Shown piece after piece: positions 11,669 through 24,134 of a DNA stretch of 64,000 nt (its first letter is position 1; every line of letters starts with the position of its first letter). The notes below the pieces were generated by a model. It saw nothing but the letters and a program-made list of their open reading frames with translations, was not told the origin of the DNA and did no database searches. The position numbers were made by a program, and so were the translations under genes. The stretch is from Podarcis pityusensis. Lineage: Eukaryota. Location: assembly GCA_964106645.2 (NCBI GenBank), contig OZ067042.1, one strand, 5' to 3'.

Positions 11669-14160
11669 CGTTGTCACTTTACGCACACTCGCTTGCCCGA
11701 ATGCAATCAGAAATTTGTTGCCCTTTTCATGGGGCAGAATTTAAAAACAACAACAACAAAAACCCTAATGCGTCTTGCCAATGTCACTTACTTTTTCAGT
11801 TTCTGCTCTTACACCAGCTTTTCAATTGCTCAGGCAAAGTGTCCCCCTCCCCCATTTATTCCTTGCCACTTCAGTACATTGACTTTGTTATCTTTACCTT
11901 ATGAGTGAATCTCTACTCCTCCCAGGTTGACTTGGTGTGTATTGTATTCCCTCTTCTGAAGAGTTAATTGTGTGCCATTGTCAGGTATGTCATGGCTTAA
12001 TACAGCGAACACTTCTTTCTTTGTGGGAGCCATCACATCTCTTATTTAGAAAACTCTTAAATCCCTGAGGTTGCCTATTTGTGGAGGCATGATTTCTTCT
12101 GAGGAGTTACTTGGAATCTGTTCTAGGCACTCTTTATTCATGGCAGGAAAAGGATTCCTCTGGCTTCTGTTCATGTGCCTGCAAATGCCACATGCTCCTC
12201 CCACTGCCCTTAGAAAAACAAGGGAAAGCTGTGCCCCACCTTTGTAGGTTTACCGGGGGGGGGGGGGAGAGAAAGGAGAGTACCTATGCAAATATCACTG
12301 TGTGGGGTAGGACTGGAGGAGCAAGTCAATTCAGTTCACATTTAATGTTTATTTTATTAATACAAGTTTTTCATGGCCGTTGGCTAGAACAATAAACTTA
12401 TGAACTGAAGTGAACATTTAAAGTTGAGCCTACCTCATTCCCACTTTCCAAAACAATACACACAAAACACAGCCAGCCTTCAAAATTCACACTGCTCTGA
12501 ATTTTGCAATGTGTTTTCCAGTCAAATATATAATGTGTATAAAAATGCATATTCTAGGGTAAAGTGTGCCTAAAATGCACACCTTAGCAAAATAACCTAC
12601 ATGTGTTATATTAGAGGAAATTGCATTCAGAATGTGTGTATTAGGATAAATCGCCACTAAAATGGTGAGGAATAATTAGGACAGCTTAGCAAGAAACTGA
12701 TGTGGAAAAATGAACTTAAGGCTGGAAAAACAGAAATTGAGAAGAAGTGAAATTGAGAGATTTGCTCATTCTCAGTATAAGATCCATTATAAGGGTAGGG
12801 ATTTGGGTAAGAGAAATATAACTCCTGTGTTTTTCCAGCTTCTCTCTTCTTTTGCTGTTCTTTTTGAAATTCTGGAATCCTTCACTGCTTTATACTCTGG
12901 GTGGAGCTGTAACATGAATCAGAAGCAGCAGCAATCTTTTCTTTCTATATAATGTTCTATATCTATGCAGAACACTGCTACTCCCTCTTATTTTGTCCTG
13001 CAACAAGCAGCATTTCCTGTTACTGTATATTTCTCCCATGTAAAGGTGATCTGATGGGCAGAAGTCTGTAAAGAGATTTTGGTTCAACAGAACCCCTTAA
13101 ACTAGCCACTTGCAATCTCTCATCATCCATTTCTCTTCCGCAGGATGATAATTTTTGGTCTCCTTTTTGGAAGTTGAGAAGGCTTGCAAATAATAATTTA
13201 GGAAACTGCCTTCTGTTAGGTCTGATGTTTTATCTATCTAACATTGTATTTTCTGATGGGCAGCAACTCTCCGGGATCTCAGGCAGAGAACTGTCCTATT
13301 GTCAGTTAAACCTTTAACTGGAAATGCTGGAGGCCAGTCTTGGGATTTTCTACCAAAGCATGTCCTCTAACTCTGATCCATGCTTGAAAACAATTAATGG
13401 CGATGTGCTGCTAATATAAATGTTGACATATTTGTTAGTTGTTTTAATGCGAAGAAACAGAGAGAACAGAACATGGGATATACTGGGTGAGATCCTGAGA
13501 AATGTGAGCAGAGTTATTAATGTGAAGTGGGGCTTCCCTACCACTTCCTTCCTGCTGAAGCCCCTTGCGCTCCTGAAAGTCTAATCTCAAGGATCAAGAG
13601 ACTCTCTGAAATGGCTGGGGATGTGGTGTGAGGAAGCTGGGCTGGAGGAAAGGGGCAGAAATCAAAATCAAGGGGATCTTTCCTCTTTTGTGAGAGTGGA
13701 AGTATCCTTCACTTGTCCAAGAGGATGAAGAAGAGATTCGAAAAGCAACATCTGATCCTTCTAATCTAAACCCTAAAATGTAAAATGTACAAGTGGAGGC
13801 ACTCTGGTTTAGATTTTAGCTTCATAGTCAAAACTCCAAGGTTTTGTCTGACAGTTGGCATTATCATGAGCTGACAGTAAAATTGTTTTATTTGTTCTTC
13901 AATGGTATGTTCACATTAGGAACTCAATATGCATCAAGTGGTCATTTCCCATCACTGCATTTCAGGCACATTAACATGGTGTTGTACAAATCAGAGAAGG
14001 CCTGGGGATGTCTTCACCCAACACACATGACCTTTTTGGTTTCCCTGCCCCCACAACAACACCCCCTGCCTGGAACTCCTATTCATGAAGCTACCATATG
14101 TCAATGTACATGCGTGATGACTGTCTCAAATGTACACACCTTTCTTAAGTATAAAGTAAA

Positions 14161-14511
14161 GTAAAGTAAAGGGACCCTGACCTTTAGGTCCATTTGTGGC
14201 CGACTCTGGGGTTGCAGCGCTCATCTCGCTTCATTGGCTGAGGGAGCCGGCGTACAGCTTCCAGGTCATGTGGCCAGCATGACTAAGCCGCTTCTGGCGA
14301 ACCAGAGCAGCGCACAGAAACACCATTTACCTTCCTGCTGGAGCGGTACCTATTTATCTACTTGCACTTTGACGTGCTTTCAAACTGCTAGGTTGGCAGG
14401 AGCAGGGACCGAGCAACGGGAGCTCACCCTGTCACGGGGATTCGAACCGCCGACCTTCTGATCGGCAAGTCCTAGGCTCTGCGGTTTAACCCACAGCGCC
14501 ACCTGCGTCCC
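14161..14511 (-). mobile_element. Sauria SINE (Squam1, lacertid type), full length
   Basis: Minus strand reads GGGACGCAGGTGGCGCTGTGGGTTAAACC...GGTTCGAATCCCC (B box)...GGGTCCCTTTACTTT; TSD-like aa(g/a)tataaagtaaa. Confidence 0.92.
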
Positions 14512-14603
14512 AAATATAAAGTAAATGTTGCTTATTTTTTGGGGTCAGGTTGAAGCTGGTTTGAGAAAAAACCCATCAGACAACAATATTTCTCAACAAA
14601 CTA

Positions 14604-14859
14604 CAGTCGTACCTCGGGTTAAGAACTTAGTTCATTCGGGTTAAGAACTTAACTCATTCTGGAGATACGTTCTTAACCTGAAACTGTTCTTAACCTGAGG
14701 TACCGCTTTAGCTAATGTGGCCTCCTGCTGCTGCCGCCACGCGATTTCTGTTCTCATCCTGAAGCAAAGTTCTTAACCCGAGGTACTATTTCTGGGTTAG
14801 CGGAGTCTGTAACCTGAAGTGTCTGTAACCTGAAGCGTATGTAATCCGAGGTACCACTG
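14604..14859. mobile_element. Tc1/mariner (Tigger/pogo-like) MITE
   Basis: TIR CAGT(C/G)GTACCTCGG...CCGAGGTACCACTG, TA on both sides. Confidence 0.88.
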
Positions 14860-16607
14860 TACAAGATCAGTATGGATTGTGGCTATTGGTGTGTGCACGT
14901 GGCTCTAACAGCAGGCGCTCACTGGATGTGGAGTAAGTGGTAATGTGAACATACCCTCCTTTTGGAATACACCTGTTAAGCATTAACTGGCACTCCAAAT
15001 CCCCATTCAGTGGACCTCCAGAGCAACATGCTTGGATACTGCTGAGGTCACTTTCTTAATCACATCACCTTGTTGAAAGAGTTACATGATCACCGAAGCT
15101 TGGAATGGGGAGGGGAGACCACAGAGATCAACTTCCAGTGAATTGAGGCTAAGCAATGATCTGTGGGCTGGTGATATTAAAGGAGAACTCACATCAAAGG
15201 CTTGAGAAAAGGGAACATGTAGTGAAAAGCTTTATGGATATTTGTAGAGAGCTTTTTAATCTGCCGGGGAAAGTTCTGTGTTACCACATTGAATGCAGGC
15301 TAACCATTTAACAGAATGAGACAGCCACCTGTCTTTGGCTGTCTTGAAAGCAAATAGTTACTTATTTATTTTTTTATTATGGAATTTTTTGCTGTCAGAA
15401 AGGCGTGGGGAATCCTTGTGGGATTTTCTTCTTCGGGTTCCAAAATAATTTGTCTGACTTTGGATACCATGCACTTTAATTGGGGTTGGGGGACCATTTG
15501 CTGCTGCCCCTCAGCAAAATGCCTTGGTCTGGACCTGTAGCCAGGGATTGTGTCGTGTTCCATACAGTGAGAGCAGGCAGAAGCTTGACTGGGGTCAACT
15601 GTCTTATCTCTAGTTGGTTTGCAAGTAGATTGGCACGGGTTTCTGACTCCTAATAGTTTAACAATGGTGCAGTGATCACTTTGCCACAGTGGCCTTGTAA
15701 GGGAGGCCAGCTGTCCACGGTATGTTCTTTTTTGTGTCACCACTCCCCCTTTCCTCTAACTCTTGGCCAAAGAGAGGACTAGAGCTATGAGCTGGATATC
15801 TTGCTGGAAAGGTGGTGGACAGCTAGCTCCCTCCCATCTTCATGGGCCGCTGAGCAGTATGCTTTCTTTGTACTTTCCCTCAGGCACAAGTAGAAAGCAT
15901 AATGGCAAGCAGCTAAGCAGGTGAGGGAAACACAATCCCTTGGGCGTGTCTCAGAACTGCTCCAAACCCCAGTGCCAAATTAAAGAAAGTTTTGTCTTTG
16001 TGTGCAGGTTTTTTTTGGTGTGTGTTTTTGTAGAGGAAGAGCTAAGAGACAAAGGGAAAGCAGCCTGGTACTTTAATACAAAATAAAAGACTAACCGATG
16101 GAGGACTGTTGGAAAGAGTCTCAATACTCACATACACACAAGGTCACACAATGTAGATTCAGCATGCAGTGACCTTGGATGGTCAAAAGTTGGGACAAAG
16201 GAATGGGTCTCCATATTCCATGTTTATGTCATTTGAGTCCAGCTGGCCTTGAGTGACAGGGCAACAACAAGCCCAATCAGCTGACTTGCACAGAACTAGG
16301 CACCTGTTGGAGCCTAGGCTGGATGAGTGCTGCTCCTGGTGGCCTACTCCTGGCAGATAGGACTTATCAAATGAGTTATCAGATTGTGTGCTCGGAAGTG
16401 GCAGAAGTTATGTGGCTGGGGTCTTGGGAAGAAGGGTGGCTAGAGATGTTGTAGTTGCAAAAGACACATACCCTGGCAGGGCAGGCCTATGCCACAAACA
16501 GCAAGTAAAATAATAAAAATAATCAGCTACAGCATACTAATTGCTTACCCCTCAGCCACAGCATTCCTTCTGCATAAAATATAAATATTAAATGATTGCC
16601 TTTGAGC

Positions 16608-16697
16608 CATCGCTGTCAACTTTTCCCTTTTTTTAAAGGAAATTCCCTTATTCCGAATAGGATTCCTTCCAAGAAAAGGGAAAAGTTGACAGCTATG
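16608..16697. mobile_element. 90-bp hAT MITE
   Basis: TIR CAT(C/A)GCTGTCAACTTTTCCCTTTT; 8-bp TSD ctttgagc. Confidence 0.9.
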
Positions 16698-16990
16698 CTT
16701 TGAGCAACTCCACTGGTCATTTTTAGTGTTTTATATAAAGAGTTCCTAATCAGTAGTAACCCAGATGTGTCTTTGTACTTTGGTATGCAGCCTGCAAGTA
16801 GGTATTTGGCTCTGCCCACTAAGCTAACCTTTTGTATCTGGCCCTGCCCTCCAATGGCAGGATTCTAGAGAAAAGCAAAGCAGATCCCACAAGTTGTCTG
16901 CTGACTTCTGATGTACAGTACCAAGCATGTTGTTGGGGCTTCTGTAACTAACTGCTGGGTCTAGGCTTGCACTGTTAATTGTTAACAATA

Positions 16991-17223
16991 CAGTGGTACC
17001 TTGCGTTAAAAACGCTTCGGGTTACAAACGTTTCAGGTTACAGACTCCACTAACCCGGAAGTAGTACCTCGGGTTAAGAACTTTACTTCAGGATGAGAAC
17101 AGAATCGCACGGTGGCGGCAGCGGGAGGTCCCATTAGCTAAAGTGGTACCTCAGGTTAACAACAGTTTCAGGTTAAGACCGGACCTCCGGAACGAATTAA
17201 GTTCTTAAACAGAAGTACCACTG
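16991..17223. mobile_element. Same Tc1/mariner MITE family, opposite orientation
   Basis: TA|CAGTGGTACC...GTACCACTG|TA; interior is the reverse complement of the 14604 copy. Confidence 0.88.
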
Positions 17224-18044
17224 TATTAACTCAAGGAGGGAGTCAGCCAGAACTATAGGTGCTCCTGGGAAACAATCATCTGTAGCCTGAAAGAAGGGGG
17301 GAAGTATCGGGATATGGTTTCCTTGCCCTTCCTAACTGGCACCTAGGGTATTGCCCTGGTTCAGGCAGAACTGGTTTTGAGAGATACTGTTTCAAATATA
17401 AATGGACTTTAAGGCAGGCAGGAATGAGCTGCTGCGCCATCAAAACATGATGTGAGTTTCTAACAAAATATGTAATCCAAATTCATCACTGAGGTTAGAG
17501 TACCAGAATAACACTAAAGGAGGTAATGCAAAACATAATGGGCTGCTTTCATCACTGCATACATAGCAGCTTCATCAGCTTGTTATACAAGACAAACAAA
17601 TAATATAACCAAAGGCATGAAAACGCGATGCTTCCAATGATAGCAGCGTCATTGTCAGAAATTGATGCCCAGGCACATAGCTTACTTAGTAATCACACTG
17701 TCTTTTCCTTCCTTTGCATTTGTATATTCCTGCTGCGTCTAAAATGCTTTAAAAATACCCTTCCATGAAAATCAGTATGCAAAGTAGATATCCACCCCGT
17801 TCATTCCTCAGCAGCTTGCTAAGGCAAATAGTCAATTTGATTAAAACACATGGCAAATATGGAAGGTCAGATATTTAATCTCTTGAGTGTGTCTGCTTAA
17901 AATTAAATTAGAGCAGGTCTCTAATATGTGAAGGAGACCAAACATAAATACTCACAGAGGCTTCTATTTAGAAGCCCAGGACTCTGCTGTAATTACATGC
18001 CTGGCTCTCTCATCTTTTCTTGTAGCCTGAAAATGAATTAATAA

Positions 18045-18415
18045 TGTTATGTACTGAGTTGAATAGGATCCAAACTGCAGCAGTCTGATTGGTCCTAGAA
18101 CAATAGGATCCAAAATGCAGCAGTCTGATTGGTCCTAGAACAATAGGATTCAGAATGCAGCAGTCTGATTGGTCCTAGAACAATGCAGCAGTATGATTGG
18201 TTGGCAGGAACCACCCAATCCTGCTCCAGATAGAAGTGAATCCACAACCTGATTGGCTTACAGTAGAATTCCGGAATTAGCCAATCATGTGCAGCCCATT
18301 GTGTAAATAATGTATATAAAGCAGATACTGTGAGGGGACTTCCATTCATTCCTCCTCACCACTATGAGCTGAATAAAGAGCATGAAATCACTTTGCGACT
18401 CTTGAGTATATTTCA
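18045..18415 (+). mobile_element. Solo LTR, 371 bp (superfamily not assignable)
   Basis: TG...CA termini, 5-bp TSD aataa, 40-bp tandem repeat (about 3.5 copies), TATATAAA at 18313, AATAAA at 18372. Confidence 0.85.
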
Positions 18416-18489
18416 AATAATTTAATTCTAGAAGGGAGATTCAAGTATAGCTGTCCAACATATTTCAATAAGATGTTGGGGAAATGATT

Positions 18490-18990
18490 CTTATTTTTAT
18501 ATTTTTATTTTATTTTGTATACCACCCTTCATCCGAAGATCTTAAGGCACTTCACACCATAAAAATACAGAATAAAACCATAAAGTACACAATAAAAACA
18601 AGATAGAAAACAAAGCAAACCAATAACACCCCTTCCCACAAACACATTTAAAAGGACATAGACTGTTAATAAGCCAAAGGTCTGGCTGAAGAGGAACATT
18701 TTCACCTGGCATATTATGAAGGTACCAGACAAAACTTCCTGGGGAGAGCATTCCACAAATGGGGAGCCACTGCAGAAAAGGCCCGTTCCTGTGTTGCCAC
18801 CCTACAGACCACTTGTGGCAGAGGCACACGAGAAAGGGCCTCAGCTGATGGTCACAGAGTCCAGGTCAGTTTATATGGGGAGAGGTGGTCCTTGAGGTAT
18901 TGAGGTCCTGAGCCATTGAAGTCTTTATAGGTCAAACCCAGCACTTTCAGTTGGGACTAGAAACTAATTGGCAGCCAATACAGTTGGGCC
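18490..18990 (-). mobile_element. L2-clade LINE 3' fragment
   Basis: Minus strand encodes a decayed L(Y/H)WLPI...KVL.LTYK...NGSGPQYLKDHLSPY, the L2 ORF2 C-terminus, followed by a 3' UTR and (A/T)-rich tail. Confidence 0.8.
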
Positions 18991-19456
18991 ATAATTTCAT
19001 ATAGTGCATTATTCATTAGTGATAAGCTGTTGCCTTTGTGATAATTTAGTACACCCATTACTATCTCCTTGCTGGATAGAGTTGCCAACTTTGGACCTAC
19101 CTTTTGCCTGCTGTAATAATCTGTAAAATGTGGGCTATGTTGTTAACCATTTTATGTACAATATATTGAACACATGTTTAAGTACCAGTACCAGCAATCC
19201 ACCTAGCTAGGAATTGGCAGCAGGTCTCCAGAGCTTCAAACTGGGGTCTTTCCCAGCCCTACCTGGAGATGCCAGGGATTGAATCAGAGACCTTCTGCAT
19301 GAAAAGCATATGCTGTACCAAAGAGTTACAGATCCTTTTGCATTTTTGTTATGGCCTATGGCTCATATGGAAATAAATCTGAACTGAACTCATTGTACAG
19401 ACATTAGCATGTGCTAATGCTTCACTCCATGCCGTTAAAGTTTCTGCTGCTGATTC

Positions 19457-19734
19457 CATACCCCTCAACTGTTCCGGAAAAACTGGGACATCCCATTCCC
19501 CGCGCCCTCCAGGAGATCACGGTGGCCATTTGGGGCAACCATGATCTTGAGCCCCCAAAAGCACTTTCTTTGGTGCTGTGATCTTGCACCCCCAAAAGTG
19601 TGTTTTGGGGCACCATGCCCAAAATAAGTGCTTTTTCCAGGGCTGCGATCTTGCATGGGTCATGCTACTCATGTGGGAGTGTGAACCTGGAAGATGGTGT
19701 CCCGGTTTTTCATCTTGATGTGTTGGAGGGTATG
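19457..19734. mobile_element. hAT-like MITE just 3' of the CALHM3 stop
   Basis: CATACCCCTCAAC...GTTGGAGGGTATG termini, with tgattc on both sides. Confidence 0.7.
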
Positions 19735-19846
19735 TGATTCCTGCATACTATGCTGTTGTTAAAGATGCAAGAGCAGCCCATTTTTGCTGGGATGTGTGTG
19801 TATGTGCTTTCCCCTAGCTACTGATGTTCTCGGTTTCCATTTCCTT

Positions 19847-20329
19847 TTAAACGTGTGTTTGCCTTGTAATTGTGGTCCCTGGCTGGGGATGCCACCTGTT
19901 AATCATACTGCCTGTCCAAGGCATAGATATTCCCTCTGTGCCCAGGGGTTGCCTCTGTGTAGCTCCACTCAAATCCAGTGGAGGTTTGCTGTAGTACCAT
20001 GATTGAAGAAGCTTGTTCACTTGCTCCTGGCTGCTGATTCCCTGCAAGTGATCCTTCTCCCCTTCCTTCCGCTCCTCTTTTCTTGGGTGGGCATGGAACC
20101 GCCTTCGTTTAATTTCTTTCTGCATGCTCTCAAAGAAGTGGAGGATGCACTTGTGTGCAAAGTCCCGGGTATGCTCACAACAAGTTTCATCAAAAATCTT
20201 TTGCTCAATATCAATGTAGTTGCTCCAGTAGCGAGTCTGCAAGAAGGTAGCCTGGTTGAAGCAGGGCCTGAGAGAGCGGGCAAGGAAGGCGATCACTATA
20301 AGGGTCAGCAGTATGCTCCATCCAAAAGC
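19847..20329 (-). CDS. CALHM3: CALHM3 coding exon 3 (160 codons plus stop)
   Basis: Acceptor ttctag|GCT; AFGWSILL...RPCFNQATFLQTRYWSNYIDIEQKIFDETCCEH...WYYSKPPLDL...THV*; phases join to give 343 aa. Confidence 0.96.
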   Translation of the reverse strand, partial: AFGWSILLTLIVIAFLARSLRPCFNQATFLQTRYWSNYIDIEQKIFDETCCEHTRDFAHKCILHFFESMQKEIKRRRFHAHPRKEERKEGEKDHLQGISSQEQVNKLLQSWYYSKPPLDLSGATQRQPLGTEGISMPWTGSMINRWHPQPGTTITRQTHV

Positions 20330-21224
20330 CTAGAAGGCAAAGGAAGTACATACAAATGTTAAGGCAATCAAGGCCAGCCACAGGGAAACAAAAAAAAACA
20401 GGACATCTGTGTTCTATTGCTTGAATATCCCATAATGAAAGGGACTTCTCAGATCTTCTACTTGAATACCCTGCTATGGGAGGAGCCCCCGACTTCTGTT
20501 AAGTAATTAAAATGGTAATAAATGTTGATTTGCTAATTAATGTCTACATTTATTTAGTGCTAGGAAAACAAAAGGAATATTGTCCTTGGCTGAAGCCTTA
20601 TAGCAAGGATAACCAACGTGGTGCCCTTCAGATGTCCTTGAGCTACAATTCCCATAATCCCTAACCATTGGACATGCAGGCTGGGGCTGGTGGGAGTTGG
20701 AGCCAAACAATATCTGAAAGGTACTACATTGCCTACCCAGTCTTATAGTATATGTTAAGACAGATAAAATGGCAGATGGATGAAATGGCAAAAACTGAAG
20801 GAATGGGTACTGAAATCAACAGAAGGACTGCTTCATTAATTGGCATCTGTAATCAGTCAACCCATGAGTCTATCTGTGACTCACTCTTCCTTCTGCAGAG
20901 CAGAGCAGAGCCTGAAACCTGGACTGTGTCATCAACTGCCAGGGGCTTGGAGAGTTTGCTTCCTCACCCCACCCTAACCCAACATGTTCCTGTTACTATT
21001 GGTCGGATTTTAATTGTAACCCGTCTTGGTTGAAATTTGACATGGTATAAGGTTATCACAACACAGGGGATGCAGGACCATGGAGCTTGTTTTGCACATG
21101 GGACCAGAGGGGCAAAATACATGGAAGCAGAAACAGGAGAAGACAAGAGACTTGGAGGCATAATGAATGGAATATGCTGAATGGAAAAATTAAAGAGGTC
21201 TGGGAATCTTCATCATATTTTGCT

Positions 21225-21296
21225 GGAAGCCGCCCAGAGTGGCTGGGGAAACCCAGCCAGATGGGCGGGGTATAAATAATAAATTATTATTATTAG
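21225..21296 (+). mobile_element. Extremely 5'-truncated LINE 3' end (second copy near 29910-30035)
   Basis: gaagccgcccagagtggctgggg...ggggtataaataataaattattatt tail. Confidence 0.6.
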
Positions 21297-21721
21297 TAGT
21301 AGTAGTATATCATTTCAATAGAATCTGTACTTAGCAAATTAGTTTGCAATCCTTATCTTGTTTATTCCCACCATAGCTCTGTTTGGTAGGATAGTTTAAG
21401 AGAAGGTGACTTGTCCAAAAGTTTGTGTCTGAGACACTACATAGTTCATATAGCGTCTCAATACCTTAAGAATTGTTAGTTAATCTGCATATGCTGTAGG
21501 GTCCATGTGTATTCTATGAATCATCTGTTGCTCTTTCCTTCCATTGACAGCAACAATCAATTTAAAAATTATGCTTCTTGCATTTAATCAGTGATTATCC
21601 AGGAGAATATTCTGAAGATGAGCTTCAGAAACAGATTCTACCTATATATGTTTCAAGAGCAGGTTAATGTTCCTATAAGGAGCTCCTACAGAGCAATATC
21701 CTATAGATGTCTGTTACTTAC

Positions 21722-21983
21722 CTGTGACCAGCATTTGAGGTACCTGGATACAGCCTTGCGGGAAGTATTGTTCCTTATGAGTTCATCATCCTTGCATGGG
21801 ACCTTGGACAGCAAGCGCTGTACCTCATTATAAGGTGTGATGTTGGTGACGAAACCGGGAAACTTATCAGGGTCAACAGAACTGCTGAAAGCACAGACAA
21901 AGCATTTTCCATCGAGCAGGGTGACTAGGATCCAAACAACAGGTGCAATCATGGCCCGTTGCAGAACGGAGGAACACATGTAC
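21722..21983 (-). CDS. CALHM3: CALHM3 coding exon 2 (262 nt)
   Basis: Acceptor ccag|G completes the Arg codon; YMCSSVLQRA...LLDGKCFVCAFSSSVDP...KVPCKDDEL...RKAVSRYLKCWSQ; donor CAG|gtaagt. Confidence 0.96.
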
Positions 21984-22775
21984 CTGGTTATTGGATAGAG
22001 AAGCAAAAAACTAAACTGATATTTCTAAAGGCTGGAACTTGCTTAGCACCAGCAATAACAAGGGAAGGGACAGTAGCATACTCCAGTGATTTCCAAAGGG
22101 TTTCCCAAACTTCTAAGTTCATTGACCCCTAATTGAGCTTATAAACTTATCATCAACCCCAATCCAAATCCTTAAGAATTTAAATGAAATAAAGTCAAGC
22201 AATATTTATTAATCATCAGTATTTATAATTCATGCAAATCTTAAAATGTAAAAAAATAAGGAAGTATGTTTTGTGCTACAGAACAAATACCAGCTTGGGG
22301 AGTGGGATTTTTCACATGGGAAATACAATGCAGGTGGAAATGGTTAAAACTGCCCTTCCAGCATCACAGTTCTAATCCAATCCCGCCCCCTCTAATCTAA
22401 ATTTTCTAAAAGAATGCTGGTGAACCTTCTTCCATTGTCCTGTTTAGTTTGACTCTAGGTGATATGTGTATCTGGAAGCCTGTATTCAAATCTGGCCTTA
22501 TTGTGTACCCTTGGGCATGCCACTATTTCTTAGCTTCAGAGTTGAGTGTTATAATAACTATACATAAGAACTGTAATCCATTTCAGTGGTTATGGTGATA
22601 TCATGCTACATAAAGCCTCCTAAGTACTGTTAAGAATTAAAACAATACAATACAAATTCTAAGTAATAATTTGGAGGAAGTTTAGATTCCACCAGCAACC
22701 TTGGGAGAGAAGGGTGCAACAAATTAGTAAACTTCATTGTGGAAAGTAATTAGCACCAGTACTGAAATCCCCCAC

Positions 22776-23062
22776 CTGATAATGGCTAGATTCTTCTTCC
22801 TGTCCCCAGTAGGTCTTTTCCACTCCTCAAGCATCACCACAAACTGTCTGTTGACAATGAGACCACAGAGGAAAAGTGCCACTGGTGGGATAAACATAAT
22901 TCCTAAGCCATACACCATGTTGTATTTAGCAAGGCAAGGGCAGTGGAAGTCAAAGGAGCTGTACATCTTTACACTTGCCAATGCCAGCAGTGCACATATC
23001 CCATTAGTCACGGACTCTGAATTGGACTGGAAGTACTGGAAGATCATCCGGAATCGATCCAT
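22776..23062 (-). CDS. CALHM3: CALHM3 coding exon 1 (287 nt, phase-2 donor)
   Basis: MDRFRMIFQYFQSNSESVTNGICALLALASVKMYSSFDFHCPCL...NLAIIR; donor AG|gtgggg; CALHM3-type residues (VKxYSSFDF, NRQ). Confidence 0.96.
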
Positions 23063-23908
23063 AATGCTGTGGTGACCGAGCGCCTTTCCTCCTGTAGAGC
23101 ACTTGGGTTCGTCTCAGAGATGAAGCACTGGCTGGTCTTCTCTTGGCAGCCTTCTCTGGCAGGGTGATTAGGTGAGCTCTGTAAGGCCTGTTTAGTTCAA
23201 AGACAGGATGACAATAAGCAAGCAAAGCAAACAGTAAAGTAGCTCATATTAACATCATTGCCTTTGTTGTGCCATTCTTGGCTTCATACCTAGGAGCCTC
23301 CTTATTCAGTCCTTGTTGGCATAATTGTTCCAGCTGCGTTCCTTATCCATGTGTTGTTGGATCAGGATGAAACCTAGAGCTTAGTTATCTTGCTTTTATA
23401 GTAAGAGAATGAATAGAGTCTTCCTGGTACTATAGTTCCTCCATTAGAAAAATCAAATCACAAAACTCTTTTGTATGTGAAACATTCATAGCCTGGAGGT
23501 ATGATGCAGTATTTACACTCCAGTGTGAAGATAGTAACTGATGCACCACAGAGAATGAAAGTAGCTTTCAAATAATCAAAAGCTGATTTTTATTCCCCTC
23601 CCTTTGCCTCTTCCCATGTATGGTTTCCTTCTGTTGTCCAGTAATGAATCATCACTGGTGTTTGTGAGAAACCAGGTCAGTCAAATGAGATAGTTTGCTT
23701 ACAAGTCTCCTCCCTGTAAGTTGTTTTTCAGCAGAGTTGGCTTTGATTCATCTGCAGCTCTTAAAACGGCATGAAAGAGAATACAGGGGGCACAGAACGT
23801 GAGATTTATTTCCTGCTCTACCTTGGAATTGCTGTATATATGGTTCCATAACTTTGTAAACTTTTCCATCTGAAACAAACAATCTGCCTGGTGTGGTTGC
23901 TTGATATA

Positions 23909-24134
23909 CAGTGGTACCTCGGGTTAAGTACTTAATTTGTTCTGGAGGTCTGCTCTTAACCTGAAACTGTTCTTAACCTGAAGCGCCACGTTAGCTAATG
24001 GGTCCTCCTGCTGCTGCTACGCCGCCGCCATGCAATTTCTGTTCTCATCCTGAAGCAAAGTTCTTAACCCGAGGTACTATTTCTGGGTTAGCGGAGTCTG
24101 TAACCTGAAGCGTATGTAACCTGAGGTACCACTG
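23909..24134. mobile_element. Same Tc1/mariner MITE family
   Basis: TA|CAGTGGTACCTCGG...GAGGTACCACTG|TA, about 0.85 kb upstream of the CALHM3 ATG. Confidence 0.88.

Noticed and set aside
14234-14461. Recurrent ORF MAEGAGVQLPGHVASM... (also at 40634, 41236, and related at 57452)
   Set aside because: Antisense translation of Sauria SINEs, not a gene family.
18062-18200. Regularly spaced 40-bp repeats resembling a CRISPR array
   Set aside because: No unique spacers; eukaryotic DNA; part of a solo LTR.
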